DNA from: Hyphomicrobiaceae bacterium
GTDB taxonomy: Bacteria > Pseudomonadota > Alphaproteobacteria > Rhizobiales > Hyphomicrobiaceae
Assembly: GCA_041397745.1 (NCBI GenBank)
Contig: JAWKVY010000006.1
Coordinates: 188,344-212,343 of the forward strand
Direction of reading: 5' to 3'
Length of the DNA stretch: 24,000 nt
Shown: positions 9,035 through 16,834 of the stretch, one piece after another
Layout: each line of letters begins with the position of its first letter
Numbering within the stretch: the first letter of the stretch is position 1
Position numbers and translations under genes: made by a program
Notes under the pieces: generated by a model
What the model was told of the DNA's origin: nothing
Database searches by the model: none
The model's input: the letters and a program-made list of their open reading frames with translations, nothing else

Positions 9035-9817
9035 ATGGCAAGCAATGGTCGCGTCGCCCTCCAGGCGGACGGAATAGTCAAGCGTTTCGGTCCGGTCGAG
9101 GTGCTCAAGGGCATCTCGCTTGCGGCGCACGACGGCGACGTGATCGCCATCATCGGCTCGTCGGGCTCGGGCAAGTCGACTTTCCTGAGATGCATGAACA
9201 TGCTCGAGGTGCCGGACGAGGGCACCGTCGCGCTCGATGGCGAGGAGATCCGGCTGAAACAGCGGCGCGGTGGAGGGCGAGAGCCGGCGGACCGCGAGCA
9301 GATCGACCGGATGCGTACCCAGCTCGGCATGGTGTTCCAGAGCTTCAACCTGTGGTCGCACCTGACCATCCTCGAGAACGTGATGGAGGCGCCTGTTCAC
9401 GTGCAGCGCCGCCCGAAAGCCGAGGTGCGCGAGGAATCCGTGGCACTGCTGGCGCGTGTCGGCATCGTCGACAAGGTGGACGCCTATCCCTCGCAACTGT
9501 CCGGCGGACAGCAGCAGCGGGCAGCGATCGCGCGCGCACTCGCCATGCGACCGCGCGTCATGCTGTTCGACGAGCCGACCTCGGCGCTCGATCCGGAGCT
9601 GGTCGGTGAAGTCCTGCGTGTCATCCGCGCCATCGCCGAGGAAGGACGCACGATGCTTCTCGTCACGCACGAGATGGGGTTTGCGAAGGAGGTGGCGAGC
9701 CGCGTCGTGTTCCTGCATCAGGGTGTCGTGGAGGAGGACGGCCCACCCGACCAGGTGTTCCAGAGCCCGCGCTCGGAGCGCTGCCGACAGTTCATTTCGA
9801 GCCAGTTGCGCGTCTGA
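9035..9817 (+). CDS. ABC transporter ATP-binding protein, polar amino acid (HisP/OccP-like) type
   Basis: Walker A GSSGSGKST, Q-loop MVFQSFNLW, signature LSGGQQQRAAIARAL, Walker B MLFDEPTSALD and H-loop LVTHEMGFA are all present. Start placed at the ATG at 9035 (MASNGRVALQADGIVKRFG). Confidence 0.9.
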   Translation: MASNGRVALQADGIVKRFGPVEVLKGISLAAHDGDVIAIIGSSGSGKSTFLRCMNMLEVPDEGTVALDGEEIRLKQRRGGGREPADREQIDRMRTQLGMVFQSFNLWSHLTILENVMEAPVHVQRRPKAEVREESVALLARVGIVDKVDAYPSQLSGGQQQRAAIARALAMRPRVMLFDEPTSALDPELVGEVLRVIRAIAEEGRTMLLVTHEMGFAKEVASRVVFLHQGVVEEDGPPDQVFQSPRSERCRQFISSQLRV

Positions 9818-9877
9818 GCCTCCGCAAGGCGGCGGGGACGGGCTTCAGCAGTGATCAGACAGCAAAGGGAGAGCTAC

Positions 9878-10717
9878 ATGAGAGTTGGAAAGATTTTCGG
9901 CATCGCGGTGCTGGCGATTGCCGCCACCATTTCGGCCGGCGCGGCGCAGGCGCAGAAGGTCAAGATCGCCACGGAAGGCGCATACGCCCCCTGGAACTTC
10001 GTCAATACGAAAGGCCAGCTCGAGGGATTCGAGATCGATCTCGCCAAGGAGTTGTGCAAGCGCGCCAAACTCGAGTGCGAGGTCGTCCAGCAGGACTGGG
10101 ACGGCATCATCCCCTCGCTGCTCGCCAAGAAGTACGATGTCATCATGGCCGGCATGAACATCACGCCGAAGCGCAAGGAGACGATCGACTTCTCGATCGC
10201 CTACGCGGGCGGGCCGCACGGCTTCATGGCGCTGAAGGGCTCCGGGCTCGAGAAGATGCCGGGTGGGGATGCCAACCTGTCGAAGGACGAGAAGGGCGCC
10301 GAAGCGCTGATCGCCAAGATCAAGCCGATGCTCAAGGGCAAGGTGATCGGCGTGCAGGGCTCGACCACGAACTCGAACTTCGCCGAAAAGTACTTCAAGG
10401 ACGTCGCAGAGGTGCGTCTCTACAAGACGACCGAGCAGCACGATCTCGATCTCGCCTCTGGCCGCGTCGACGTGCTGGTCGCCGCTCACTCGGCGTTCAA
10501 GGCGACGATGGACACGCCAACCGGCAAGGACATGGTGATCGTCGGGCCGGCGTTCTCCGGCGGGCTCCTCGGCCTCGGTGTCGCCTGCGGCGTGCGCAAG
10601 GAGGACACCGCGCTGCGCGACAAGCTGACAGCGGCCGTCGAGAGCGCGAAGAAGGACGGCACGATCAAGACGCTGTCCATGAAGTGGTTCAAGATCGACA
10701 TGACGCCGAAGGGGTGA
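9878..10717 (+). CDS. ABC transporter periplasmic substrate-binding protein, family 3 (Lys/Arg/Orn- or opine-binding type)
   Basis: The ATG at 9878 follows AAAGGGAGAG. The signal peptide is MRVGKIFGIAVLAIAATISAGAAQA. Family blocks are IATEGAYAPWNF, GFEIDLAKELCKR, DGIIPSLLAKKYDVIMAGMNITPKR and GTIKTLSMKWF. Confidence 0.85.
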   Translation: MRVGKIFGIAVLAIAATISAGAAQAQKVKIATEGAYAPWNFVNTKGQLEGFEIDLAKELCKRAKLECEVVQQDWDGIIPSLLAKKYDVIMAGMNITPKRKETIDFSIAYAGGPHGFMALKGSGLEKMPGGDANLSKDEKGAEALIAKIKPMLKGKVIGVQGSTTNSNFAEKYFKDVAEVRLYKTTEQHDLDLASGRVDVLVAAHSAFKATMDTPTGKDMVIVGPAFSGGLLGLGVACGVRKEDTALRDKLTAAVESAKKDGTIKTLSMKWFKIDMTPKG

Positions 10718-10814
10718 GCAGCCGGTCGTGAGACGGCGCGTGACGGGTGGCGATCCGGCGCGATGCGCGCGCCGGCTCCGCCCGCCACCGCCCACTCGCC
10801 ACGCACGGGGCGTC

Positions 10815-11597
10815 ATGAAATTCAAGACCTATTTCGAGCTGATGCAGTGGGGCCCCGAAGGGTGGCTCGACGAGATGGTGTTCGCGACGCTGATGACGCT
10901 GAGCGTCGCGATCACCGCCTTCCTGTTCGGCGTCGTATTCGGTGCTCTCGCCGCCCGCGCGAAGATGTCCCCATCGGCCGCATCGCGGGCTGCCGCCGAC
11001 ACCTATACGACGGTGCTGCGCGGTGTACCGGACCTGCTCGTCCTCTACCTGTTCTACTTCGGCCTCGCCGCCGGCCTCGCTTATCTCGCAAAGGTTCTGT
11101 TCGGCTACGACGGCTTTGTCGAATTGCCGACGTTCCTCGTCGGCACCCTGGCGATCGGTCTGGTATCCGGTGCCTATCAGGCGGAGGTGTTCCGCGGCGC
11201 CTGGGCCGCCGTCCCACACGGCGAGATCGAGGCGGCAAGGGCCTGCGGCATGTCGGGTTGGACACTCGTGCGCCGCGTCACCGGCCCGCAGGTGCTGCGC
11301 TACGCGATCCCCGGCCTCGGCAACGTCTGGCAACTGGTGCTGAAGGAGAGCGCGCTCGTCGTGGTGATCGGGCTCGCCATCAAGTTCAGCGAGATCAAGA
11401 TCGGCGATTTCACGCTGCTCTACGAAACCCGATTCTCCGATCTCCTGCGCCAGGCGCAGGTCGCCGCCGGTTCGACCCGTCAGCCGTTCCCCTTCTACAT
11501 CACCTGTGCGCTGCTCTACCTGGTGATGACCTCCGCCTCGTCCTGGGGGTTCAGGCGCGCCGAGGCATGGGCGACGCGCGGCATGCGGAGGACCTGA
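10815..11597 (+). CDS. ABC transporter permease (HisQ/OccQ-like)
   Basis: Start at the ATG at 10815. Blocks shared with HisQ-type permeases are TTVLRGVPDLLVLYLFYFGL, GAYQAEVFRGAWAAVPHGEIEAARACGMS and LRYAIPGLGNVWQLVLKESALV. The stop at 11595-11597 is 4 nt before the next start. Confidence 0.85.
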   Translation: MKFKTYFELMQWGPEGWLDEMVFATLMTLSVAITAFLFGVVFGALAARAKMSPSAASRAAADTYTTVLRGVPDLLVLYLFYFGLAAGLAYLAKVLFGYDGFVELPTFLVGTLAIGLVSGAYQAEVFRGAWAAVPHGEIEAARACGMSGWTLVRRVTGPQVLRYAIPGLGNVWQLVLKESALVVVIGLAIKFSEIKIGDFTLLYETRFSDLLRQAQVAAGSTRQPFPFYITCALLYLVMTSASSWGFRRAEAWATRGMRRT

Positions 11598-11601
11598 CGA
11601 C

Positions 11602-12312
11602 ATGGATGTCGCCTTCCTCGCCGACACTTTCTGGCGCCTGCTCGCAGCAGTGCCGACGACGCTGAAGCTGGCCGGCATTTCCGTCGCGCTCGGCTTGGTG
11701 CTGTCGGTGGTGCTCGCCTTCGCGATGCGCGGGCCGATCCGTCCGCTCGCCTGGCTCGCCTCTCTCTACGTCTTCGTCTTTCGCGGCACTCCGCTGCTCG
11801 TGCAGCTGTTCCTCATCTACTACGGCCTCGGCCAGTTCCGGGCCGAGATGCAGGCCATCGGGCTCTGGACGTTCTTTCGTGATCCGACGTCCTGCGCGCT
11901 GCTCGCGCTGACGCTGAATACGGCCGCCTACGGCGCCGAAATCGTGCGCGGCGGCCTGCAGTCGGTGCCGGCCGGCCAGATCGAGGCGGCACGCGCGTTC
12001 GGCATGTCCGGCTGGACGCTCTATGCGCGTATCGTCGGGCCGATCGCGCTGCGCCAGGCCCTGCCGGCCTACGGCAACGAGATCATTCTCATGGTCAAGG
12101 CGACCTCGGTCGCCTCGCTGGTCACGATCATGGAGATCACCGGCGTCGCTCACCATCTCATCTCACGCAGCTTCCGCGCCTTCGAGGTGTTCATCGTGGC
12201 CGGCGCGCTCTATCTCTTGATCAACTTCGCGCTGACCCAGCTGATCAGGCTCGCGGAGCGTCGTGTGATCCCCGATATCGAGGCGCGCCGGGCCACCGGT
12301 GCGGTGCACTGA
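11602..12312 (+). CDS. ABC transporter permease (HisM/OccM-like)
   Basis: Start at the ATG at 11602. Blocks are YVFVFRGTPLLVQLFLIYYGL, AAYGAEIVRGGLQSVPAGQIEAARAFGMS and ALPAYGNEIILMVKATSVASLVTI. Confidence 0.85.
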   Translation: MDVAFLADTFWRLLAAVPTTLKLAGISVALGLVLSVVLAFAMRGPIRPLAWLASLYVFVFRGTPLLVQLFLIYYGLGQFRAEMQAIGLWTFFRDPTSCALLALTLNTAAYGAEIVRGGLQSVPAGQIEAARAFGMSGWTLYARIVGPIALRQALPAYGNEIILMVKATSVASLVTIMEITGVAHHLISRSFRAFEVFIVAGALYLLINFALTQLIRLAERRVIPDIEARRATGAVH

Positions 12313-12328
12313 GACGGAGGTGAGAGCC

Positions 12329-13375
12329 ATGGACGAGAAGAAGCTCGCCGCGCTACGCGACCGCTTCGGCGCGGCATCCGCCGGCGACGTGCACGACCCG
12401 GAATTCCGCAAAGTGGTCGATCTGCTGTTTTCGGGCGACCGCCGCGCCAAGCCCTACGAGGGTGTCGCCACGTTGCTCGACGCGCCCTATGCGCCGGACG
12501 CATCGAGACACGGTTTTGCTGACCTGGAAGTCGCCCTGGTCGGTGTTCCGATGGATCTAGGTGTCACCAATCGGCCCGGCGCCCGCTTCGGACCCCGCGC
12601 GGTCCGTCAGGTCGAGCGCATTGGGCCCTACAATCACGCGCTCAAATGCGTGCCATCGACGATGGTCAAGGTCGCTGACGTGGGCGACGTACCATTCCAG
12701 AGCCGCTACTCGCTGGAACAAAGCCACCGCGACATCGAGTCCTACTACGACAGGATCGCGGGCGCTGGCGTAGCGCCGCTTTCGGTCGGCGGCGACCACT
12801 CCGTCACACTGCCGATACTGAAAGCGCTCGGACGCACTGCGCCGGTCGGCATGATCCACATCGATGCCCATTGTGATACCGGCGGTCCATTCGAAGGCTC
12901 GAAGTTCCATCATGGCGGACCGTTCCGCGAGGCGGTTCTTGCCGGTGTGCTCGATCCCGAACGGACGATCCAGATCGGCATTCGCGGCAACGCCGAGTAT
13001 CTCTGGGAATTCTCCTATGCGAGCGGAATGACGGTGATTCACGCCGAGGAATTCATGAGCCTCGGGCTCGAGCAGACGATCGCGCGCATGCGTTCGGTCG
13101 TTGGCGACGGCCCGACCTATATCTCGTTCGATGTCGATAGCCTCGATCCCGCATTCGCACCGGGCACCGGCACCCCGGAGGCAGGCGGCTTGATGACGCG
13201 CGAGGCGATGGAACTGGTGCGCGCGGCGGCGGGCCTCGACATCGTCGGTGGCGATGTGGTCGAGGTGGCGCCCCAATACGACGCGACCACGAATACCGCC
13301 CAGGCCGGTGCGCAGATCCTATTCGAGATATTCAGCGTGCTGGCTATGGCGCGAAATCGCGTCTCCACGACCTGA
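12329..13375 (+). CDS. Arginase-fold ureohydrolase (agmatinase / guanidino-acid hydrolase family)
   Basis: The ATG at 12329 follows GACGGAGGTGAG. Metal-site blocks of the agmatinase family are SVGGDHSVTLPIL, IHIDAHCDT, ISFDVDSLDPAFAPGTGTPEAGGL and GGDVVEVAP. The substrate is not assignable from sequence alone. Confidence 0.85.
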   Translation: MDEKKLAALRDRFGAASAGDVHDPEFRKVVDLLFSGDRRAKPYEGVATLLDAPYAPDASRHGFADLEVALVGVPMDLGVTNRPGARFGPRAVRQVERIGPYNHALKCVPSTMVKVADVGDVPFQSRYSLEQSHRDIESYYDRIAGAGVAPLSVGGDHSVTLPILKALGRTAPVGMIHIDAHCDTGGPFEGSKFHHGGPFREAVLAGVLDPERTIQIGIRGNAEYLWEFSYASGMTVIHAEEFMSLGLEQTIARMRSVVGDGPTYISFDVDSLDPAFAPGTGTPEAGGLMTREAMELVRAAAGLDIVGGDVVEVAPQYDATTNTAQAGAQILFEIFSVLAMARNRVSTT

Positions 13376-13415
13376 CGCTCGCTCACGTCGGCCCTCGAGG
13401 TTCAAGACGAGAAAA

Positions 13416-13437
13416 CCCCGCCGTACGGACGGCGGGG
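13416..13437 (-). terminator. Rho-independent terminator of the H-NS-like gene (hairpin could also stall the convergent ureohydrolase transcript)
   Basis: A perfect 9-bp GC-rich stem, CCCCGCCGT/ACGGCGGGG (13416-13424 and 13429-13437), encloses a 4-nt loop. On the minus strand it is followed immediately by TTTT (13412-13415). There is no T-tract on the plus-strand side. Confidence 0.6.
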
Positions 13438-13485
13438 CTGGCATTGGCATCTGCAATCGGAAGTCGCGAACCCACCGGTACCGGA

Positions 13486-13803
13486 TCAGATCGCGAAATC
13501 CTCCATCTTGGAGCCCTTGTTCAGCTTGGCGACCAGCCAACGCGGCTTACGGCCACGACCCGTCCAAGTCTCCGAGCGGTTCTCGGGATTCATGTATTTC
13601 GGCGCGACGGTCTTGCCCTTGCCGGCACCACGGCCGCCATAAAGTTCGTTCAGCGAGAAACCGGCGCCAGCGAGCATCGATTCCACCTTGTGCTTCATTT
13701 CCGCCTTCTCGCGCTCGCGCGCGGCGACGATCGCCTTCTTGACCTTTGCCTCGAGCTCCAGAAGCTCCTTGAGGTTCATCTTGTCGACGTTCGGTGCTGC
13801 CAT
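13486..13803 (-). CDS. H-NS-like nucleoid-associated protein (alphaproteobacterial H-NS histone family)
   Basis: The C-terminal DNA-binding block is PKYMNPENRSETWTGRGRKPRWLVAKL (the TWxGRGRxPxW motif of H-NS family proteins). The N-terminal helix MAAPNVDKMNLKELLELEAKVKKAIVAAREREKAEMK resembles the usual oligomerisation start, so I use the ATG at 13801-13803 (105 aa). The ORF stays open to an ATG at 13908 (see findings). Confidence 0.8.
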   Translation of the reverse strand: MAAPNVDKMNLKELLELEAKVKKAIVAAREREKAEMKHKVESMLAGAGFSLNELYGGRGAGKGKTVAPKYMNPENRSETWTGRGRKPRWLVAKLNKGSKMEDFAI

Positions 13804-13908
13804 GGTCGTCTTGCCTGCCTTGCCGCTGATTGAGACTTTGCGCGCGGGCTTCTTGCCCGCTACGCGCTTGGAGGAAACTCTTTTACCGGGGGTGATCCTG
13901 CGAGCCAT

Positions 13909-14294
13909 CGTGTATTCACTCTCTTCGGAGTTCGCGAAGGCACCGCAAATCAGCGCCGCCGCCTGCTTTCCCTTATTGACCCATAACAGGTTAACAATGG
14001 AAAAACAATATTGGGGCCGGGATGATGCTTTACAGCGCTGTCGCGCTCACCGCAATCGATTTATTGCAGCATGCCCCCTTTTCCGTCGCATCGCCGGCCG
14101 TGCCCGCTGCACGAACGCAGCGATGCTGCTCGATTTCACTGGTGAATTGATTTAGAACCGGCGCGAAGGACGAGTTGCACAAGGGCCGCTCGCTATCGTG
14201 AACGCTGCAGGCTCGATATCTGCAAAATCCTGGCAGCCTTGCAACAGTCACGTGCGTCGCGGAACCCACAGGCAACGTTTATGGACTGGAGATC
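13909..14294. promoter_or_regulatory. AT-enriched divergent intergenic region (promoters of the H-NS-like gene and the PLP-enzyme gene)
   Basis: A 386-nt gap lies between divergent genes. It contains the lowest-GC DNA I see in the window; for example 13972-14014 (CTTATTGACCCATAACAGGTTAACAATGGAAAAACAATATTGG) is about one-third G+C by my count. I cannot place -35/-10 boxes confidently. Confidence 0.4.
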
Positions 14295-15269
14295 ATGAAG
14301 CCCCCCAAGAGCAGAACCGGAGAAGGCGCCGGCGACATCGATCGCGAGCACATTGCGGCTGCTTATCAGCGCACCAGCTCTCATATTCGGCGCACACCTA
14401 TTATTGCCATCGAGCCGGCCGATCTCGGCATTTCCGGTGTCGCTGCGCCGGTGACACTCAAGCTCGAATACCTGCAGCACGCCGGCAGCTTCAAGGCGCG
14501 AGGAGCATTCACCGCGATGTTGTCGGGCGCGATCGGCGCCATTGGCGTCGCCGCCGCCTCGGGTGGCAATCACGGCGTCGCCGTTGCATTCGCCGCCCGC
14601 CGGCTCGGGCACAAGGCGACGATCTTCGTTCCGGAAATCTCTTCGCCGGCAAAAATCCGTCGCATTCGCGATCTCGGTGCCGATCTCGTCGTCGGAGGTT
14701 CGCGCTATGCTGACGCACTTGCTGCCTGCGAGTCTTTCACCGCCAACTCCGGCGCCACCGGCATTCATGCATATGACGCCCCCGAGACGCTGCTCGGGCA
14801 GGGAGGCGTCGGCTTCGAGCTCGAGATGCAGGCGCCCGGCATCGACACGCTGCTCGTCGCTGTCGGCGGTGGCGGACTGATCGGTGGAATAGCGGCATGG
14901 TACGAGCACCGCATCCGGATCGTGGCTGTGGAGCCGGAGACGAGCAACGCCCTCAGCGCCGCGTTCGCTGCCGGCGGACCGGTCGACGTCGAGGTATCGG
15001 GCATCGCGGCCGATTCGCTCGGCGCACGGCGTATCGGCACGCTGATGTGGCCGCTCGCCGAGCGCTTCGTGCATGACGCGGTCGTCGTCAGCGACGCGGC
15101 GATCACGGCGGCGCAGCGGCAACTCTGGGAGCGGGTGCGCGTTGTCGCCGAGCCCGGCGGGGCGACGGCGCTCGCGGCGTTGACCGCCGGCGTCTATCGC
15201 CCCGCCCGAGACGAGCGCGTCGCCGTGCTGGTCTGCGGGGCGAACACGGACGCAGTCCGGTTCGATTAG
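14295..15269 (+). CDS. PLP-dependent enzyme, serine/threonine dehydratase family (tryptophan-synthase-beta fold)
   Basis: The ATG at 14295 follows GGAG. The PLP-lysine motif is HAGSFKARGAF. It also has ASGGNHGVAVAFAA and the glycine loop VAVGGGGLIGGIA. At 324 aa it lacks an ACT-type regulatory domain. Confidence 0.8.
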   Translation: MKPPKSRTGEGAGDIDREHIAAAYQRTSSHIRRTPIIAIEPADLGISGVAAPVTLKLEYLQHAGSFKARGAFTAMLSGAIGAIGVAAASGGNHGVAVAFAARRLGHKATIFVPEISSPAKIRRIRDLGADLVVGGSRYADALAACESFTANSGATGIHAYDAPETLLGQGGVGFELEMQAPGIDTLLVAVGGGGLIGGIAAWYEHRIRIVAVEPETSNALSAAFAAGGPVDVEVSGIAADSLGARRIGTLMWPLAERFVHDAVVVSDAAITAAQRQLWERVRVVAEPGGATALAALTAGVYRPARDERVAVLVCGANTDAVRFD

Positions 15270-16834
15270 GCCGCGACAGAGCCGGACTCGGCGGCAGAGG
15301 CGACCCAGCCGGCGATACGCTCGAGGTCCGGCGGTGAGCCGTCGCGAAGCACGCGCTGGCCCTCGCTGGTGGCTGCAAAGCGCAGCACGGCCGCCTGTAG
15401 CGCCGCGGGATCTGCGGCGGCGATCTCGGCAGCGGTGCGGAAACCGGCGCCCACGAGCAGCTGAGCGTGGCCACCGCGCAGCCCTGCCACCTCGCAGACG
15501 AGGCGGGCCTGATCCTGCCAGTCGGCGACGGTCTCGGCCCTGACGCGGCGATCGGCGAGCCCCTGCACTAGGACCGCCGGATCGGCGGAGAGAAGCTCGC
15601 CGACCTTCCGGACGCCAATTCCGGCCAGCCGCTCGGCCATCTGCGGGCCTATCGAAGGCGCAGCCTCGACGTCCTGCTCCGGCGTGAGGAACACGCGGCT
15701 GGCGAGGCCGGACGAGAACAATGGCGGCTTCGTCACCGCATCCGTCGCGCTTTCGCGCCGCGCGACGACGGCCGACCGATCAGCCGGCACCGCGCCGCCA
15801 GTCGCACGCTGCCGCTCGCTGCTGCGTGCCACCGGCCTCTCTGCCTCCTTGAAGGCAAACAACTGGCCCTGCGCCCGCACCGCCGCGGCTGCGCGGGCCC
15901 CACGATCGGCCGAACGCTCGGCATTCGCCTTCGCCAGCACCTCGCGGGCATGGAGGTCGCGCACCATCCGGTCGTCCTCCGGCAGCGTCGCCTCGACCCG
16001 TCCCGTCGCCATCAACTCGTCGTACATAGCCTCGACCTGGCGACGCTCGGCGGCGTCGCCCATCTTCTTCAGGACGAGCTTCAGCGGAACCGCGAGGGTC
16101 GCGAGAACGGTCTCCAGAGTGAGGGACACCTCCGGCGGCGCCACGCCCGCCTCGACGATGGCGCGGTCGATCAACCGCGCGATGCCACGGCTCGCATAGT
16201 CGATCAGCCCGGCCACGATCTGGCGGGCGACCGGGTCGAGCCCGGCGGGAGGATCCACGACTCCGCGCTGGAAGTCGTAGTGAGCGATCAGCGCTTCGTA
16301 ATGCTTGTTCGAGTGTTCGGCACCGGCGATGACGAAGGCCTTGATCCACCCTTCACCCGAGCGGGGTTCGACGTCGGGCGCCGCGAGGCGCGAAGATTCG
16401 GCCTTCAACGTGTCATAGGATCTCGAGATCGACCACTCGACCGCCCGGTGGATCGCGTTCTCCGCCTCGGACTGTGCCGTATGGAATGGATGGATGGGGT
16501 CGGCATAGTAGTGGCTCATGATGCCGGCACACCATGCCGCTTCGCCCCAGTTGCCTTCGGCGAGCGCGCGGACCAGCAGGTGATACCAGCTTTCGACCTT
16601 CTCCGGCGCGCCACCCCAGAAGTTGTCACCGACATGCAGGACATGGTTCTTGAAGTCCTTGAACTCGGTGTCCGGCGCCTTGGAGCCGTCGAGGTAGGGC
16701 TTCACGTGCTTGAGGAACACACGGCGCCATGCCTCGGCATTGCCGACCCGCAGGTGCTGCAGCGCGTCGAGCGCGAGCTTGTGATGGCTACCGCGGGCAT
16801 GAGCGGCGTAGAGGACTGAGCAGAGGAGTTGCAT
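15266..16834 (-). CDS. Zinc-dependent phospholipase C-fold domain protein with C-terminal DUF4332 (helix-hairpin-helix) module
   Basis: The ATG at 16832-16834 follows GAGGAAGG. N-terminal features are HHKLALDAL, NHVLHVGD, HYYADPIHPFH (nt 16481-16513) and HRAVE. The C-terminal roughly 115 aa (VEAAPSIGPQMAERLAGIGVRKVGELL...WQDQARLVCEVAGLRGGHAQLLVGAGFRTAAEIAAADPAAL) match the DUF4332 pattern as I remember it. No signal peptide is present. Confidence 0.7.
   Translation of the reverse strand: MQLLCSVLYAAHARGSHHKLALDALQHLRVGNAEAWRRVFLKHVKPYLDGSKAPDTEFKDFKNHVLHVGDNFWGGAPEKVESWYHLLVRALAEGNWGEAAWCAGIMSHYYADPIHPFHTAQSEAENAIHRAVEWSISRSYDTLKAESSRLAAPDVEPRSGEGWIKAFVIAGAEHSNKHYEALIAHYDFQRGVVDPPAGLDPVARQIVAGLIDYASRGIARLIDRAIVEAGVAPPEVSLTLETVLATLAVPLKLVLKKMGDAAERRQVEAMYDELMATGRVEATLPEDDRMVRDLHAREVLAKANAERSADRGARAAAAVRAQGQLFAFKEAERPVARSSERQRATGGAVPADRSAVVARRESATDAVTKPPLFSSGLASRVFLTPEQDVEAAPSIGPQMAERLAGIGVRKVGELLSADPAVLVQGLADRRVRAETVADWQDQARLVCEVAGLRGGHAQLLVGAGFRTAAEIAAADPAALQAAVLRFAATSEGQRVLRDGSPPDLERIAGWVASAAESGSVAA

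Noticed and set aside
14231-14243. Sigma-54-like sequence TGGCAGCCTTGCA upstream of the PLP-enzyme gene
   Set aside because: The GG and GC dinucleotides are only 9 nt apart (14232 to 14241), whereas the -24/-12 consensus requires 12. There is no enhancer-binding-protein gene nearby.
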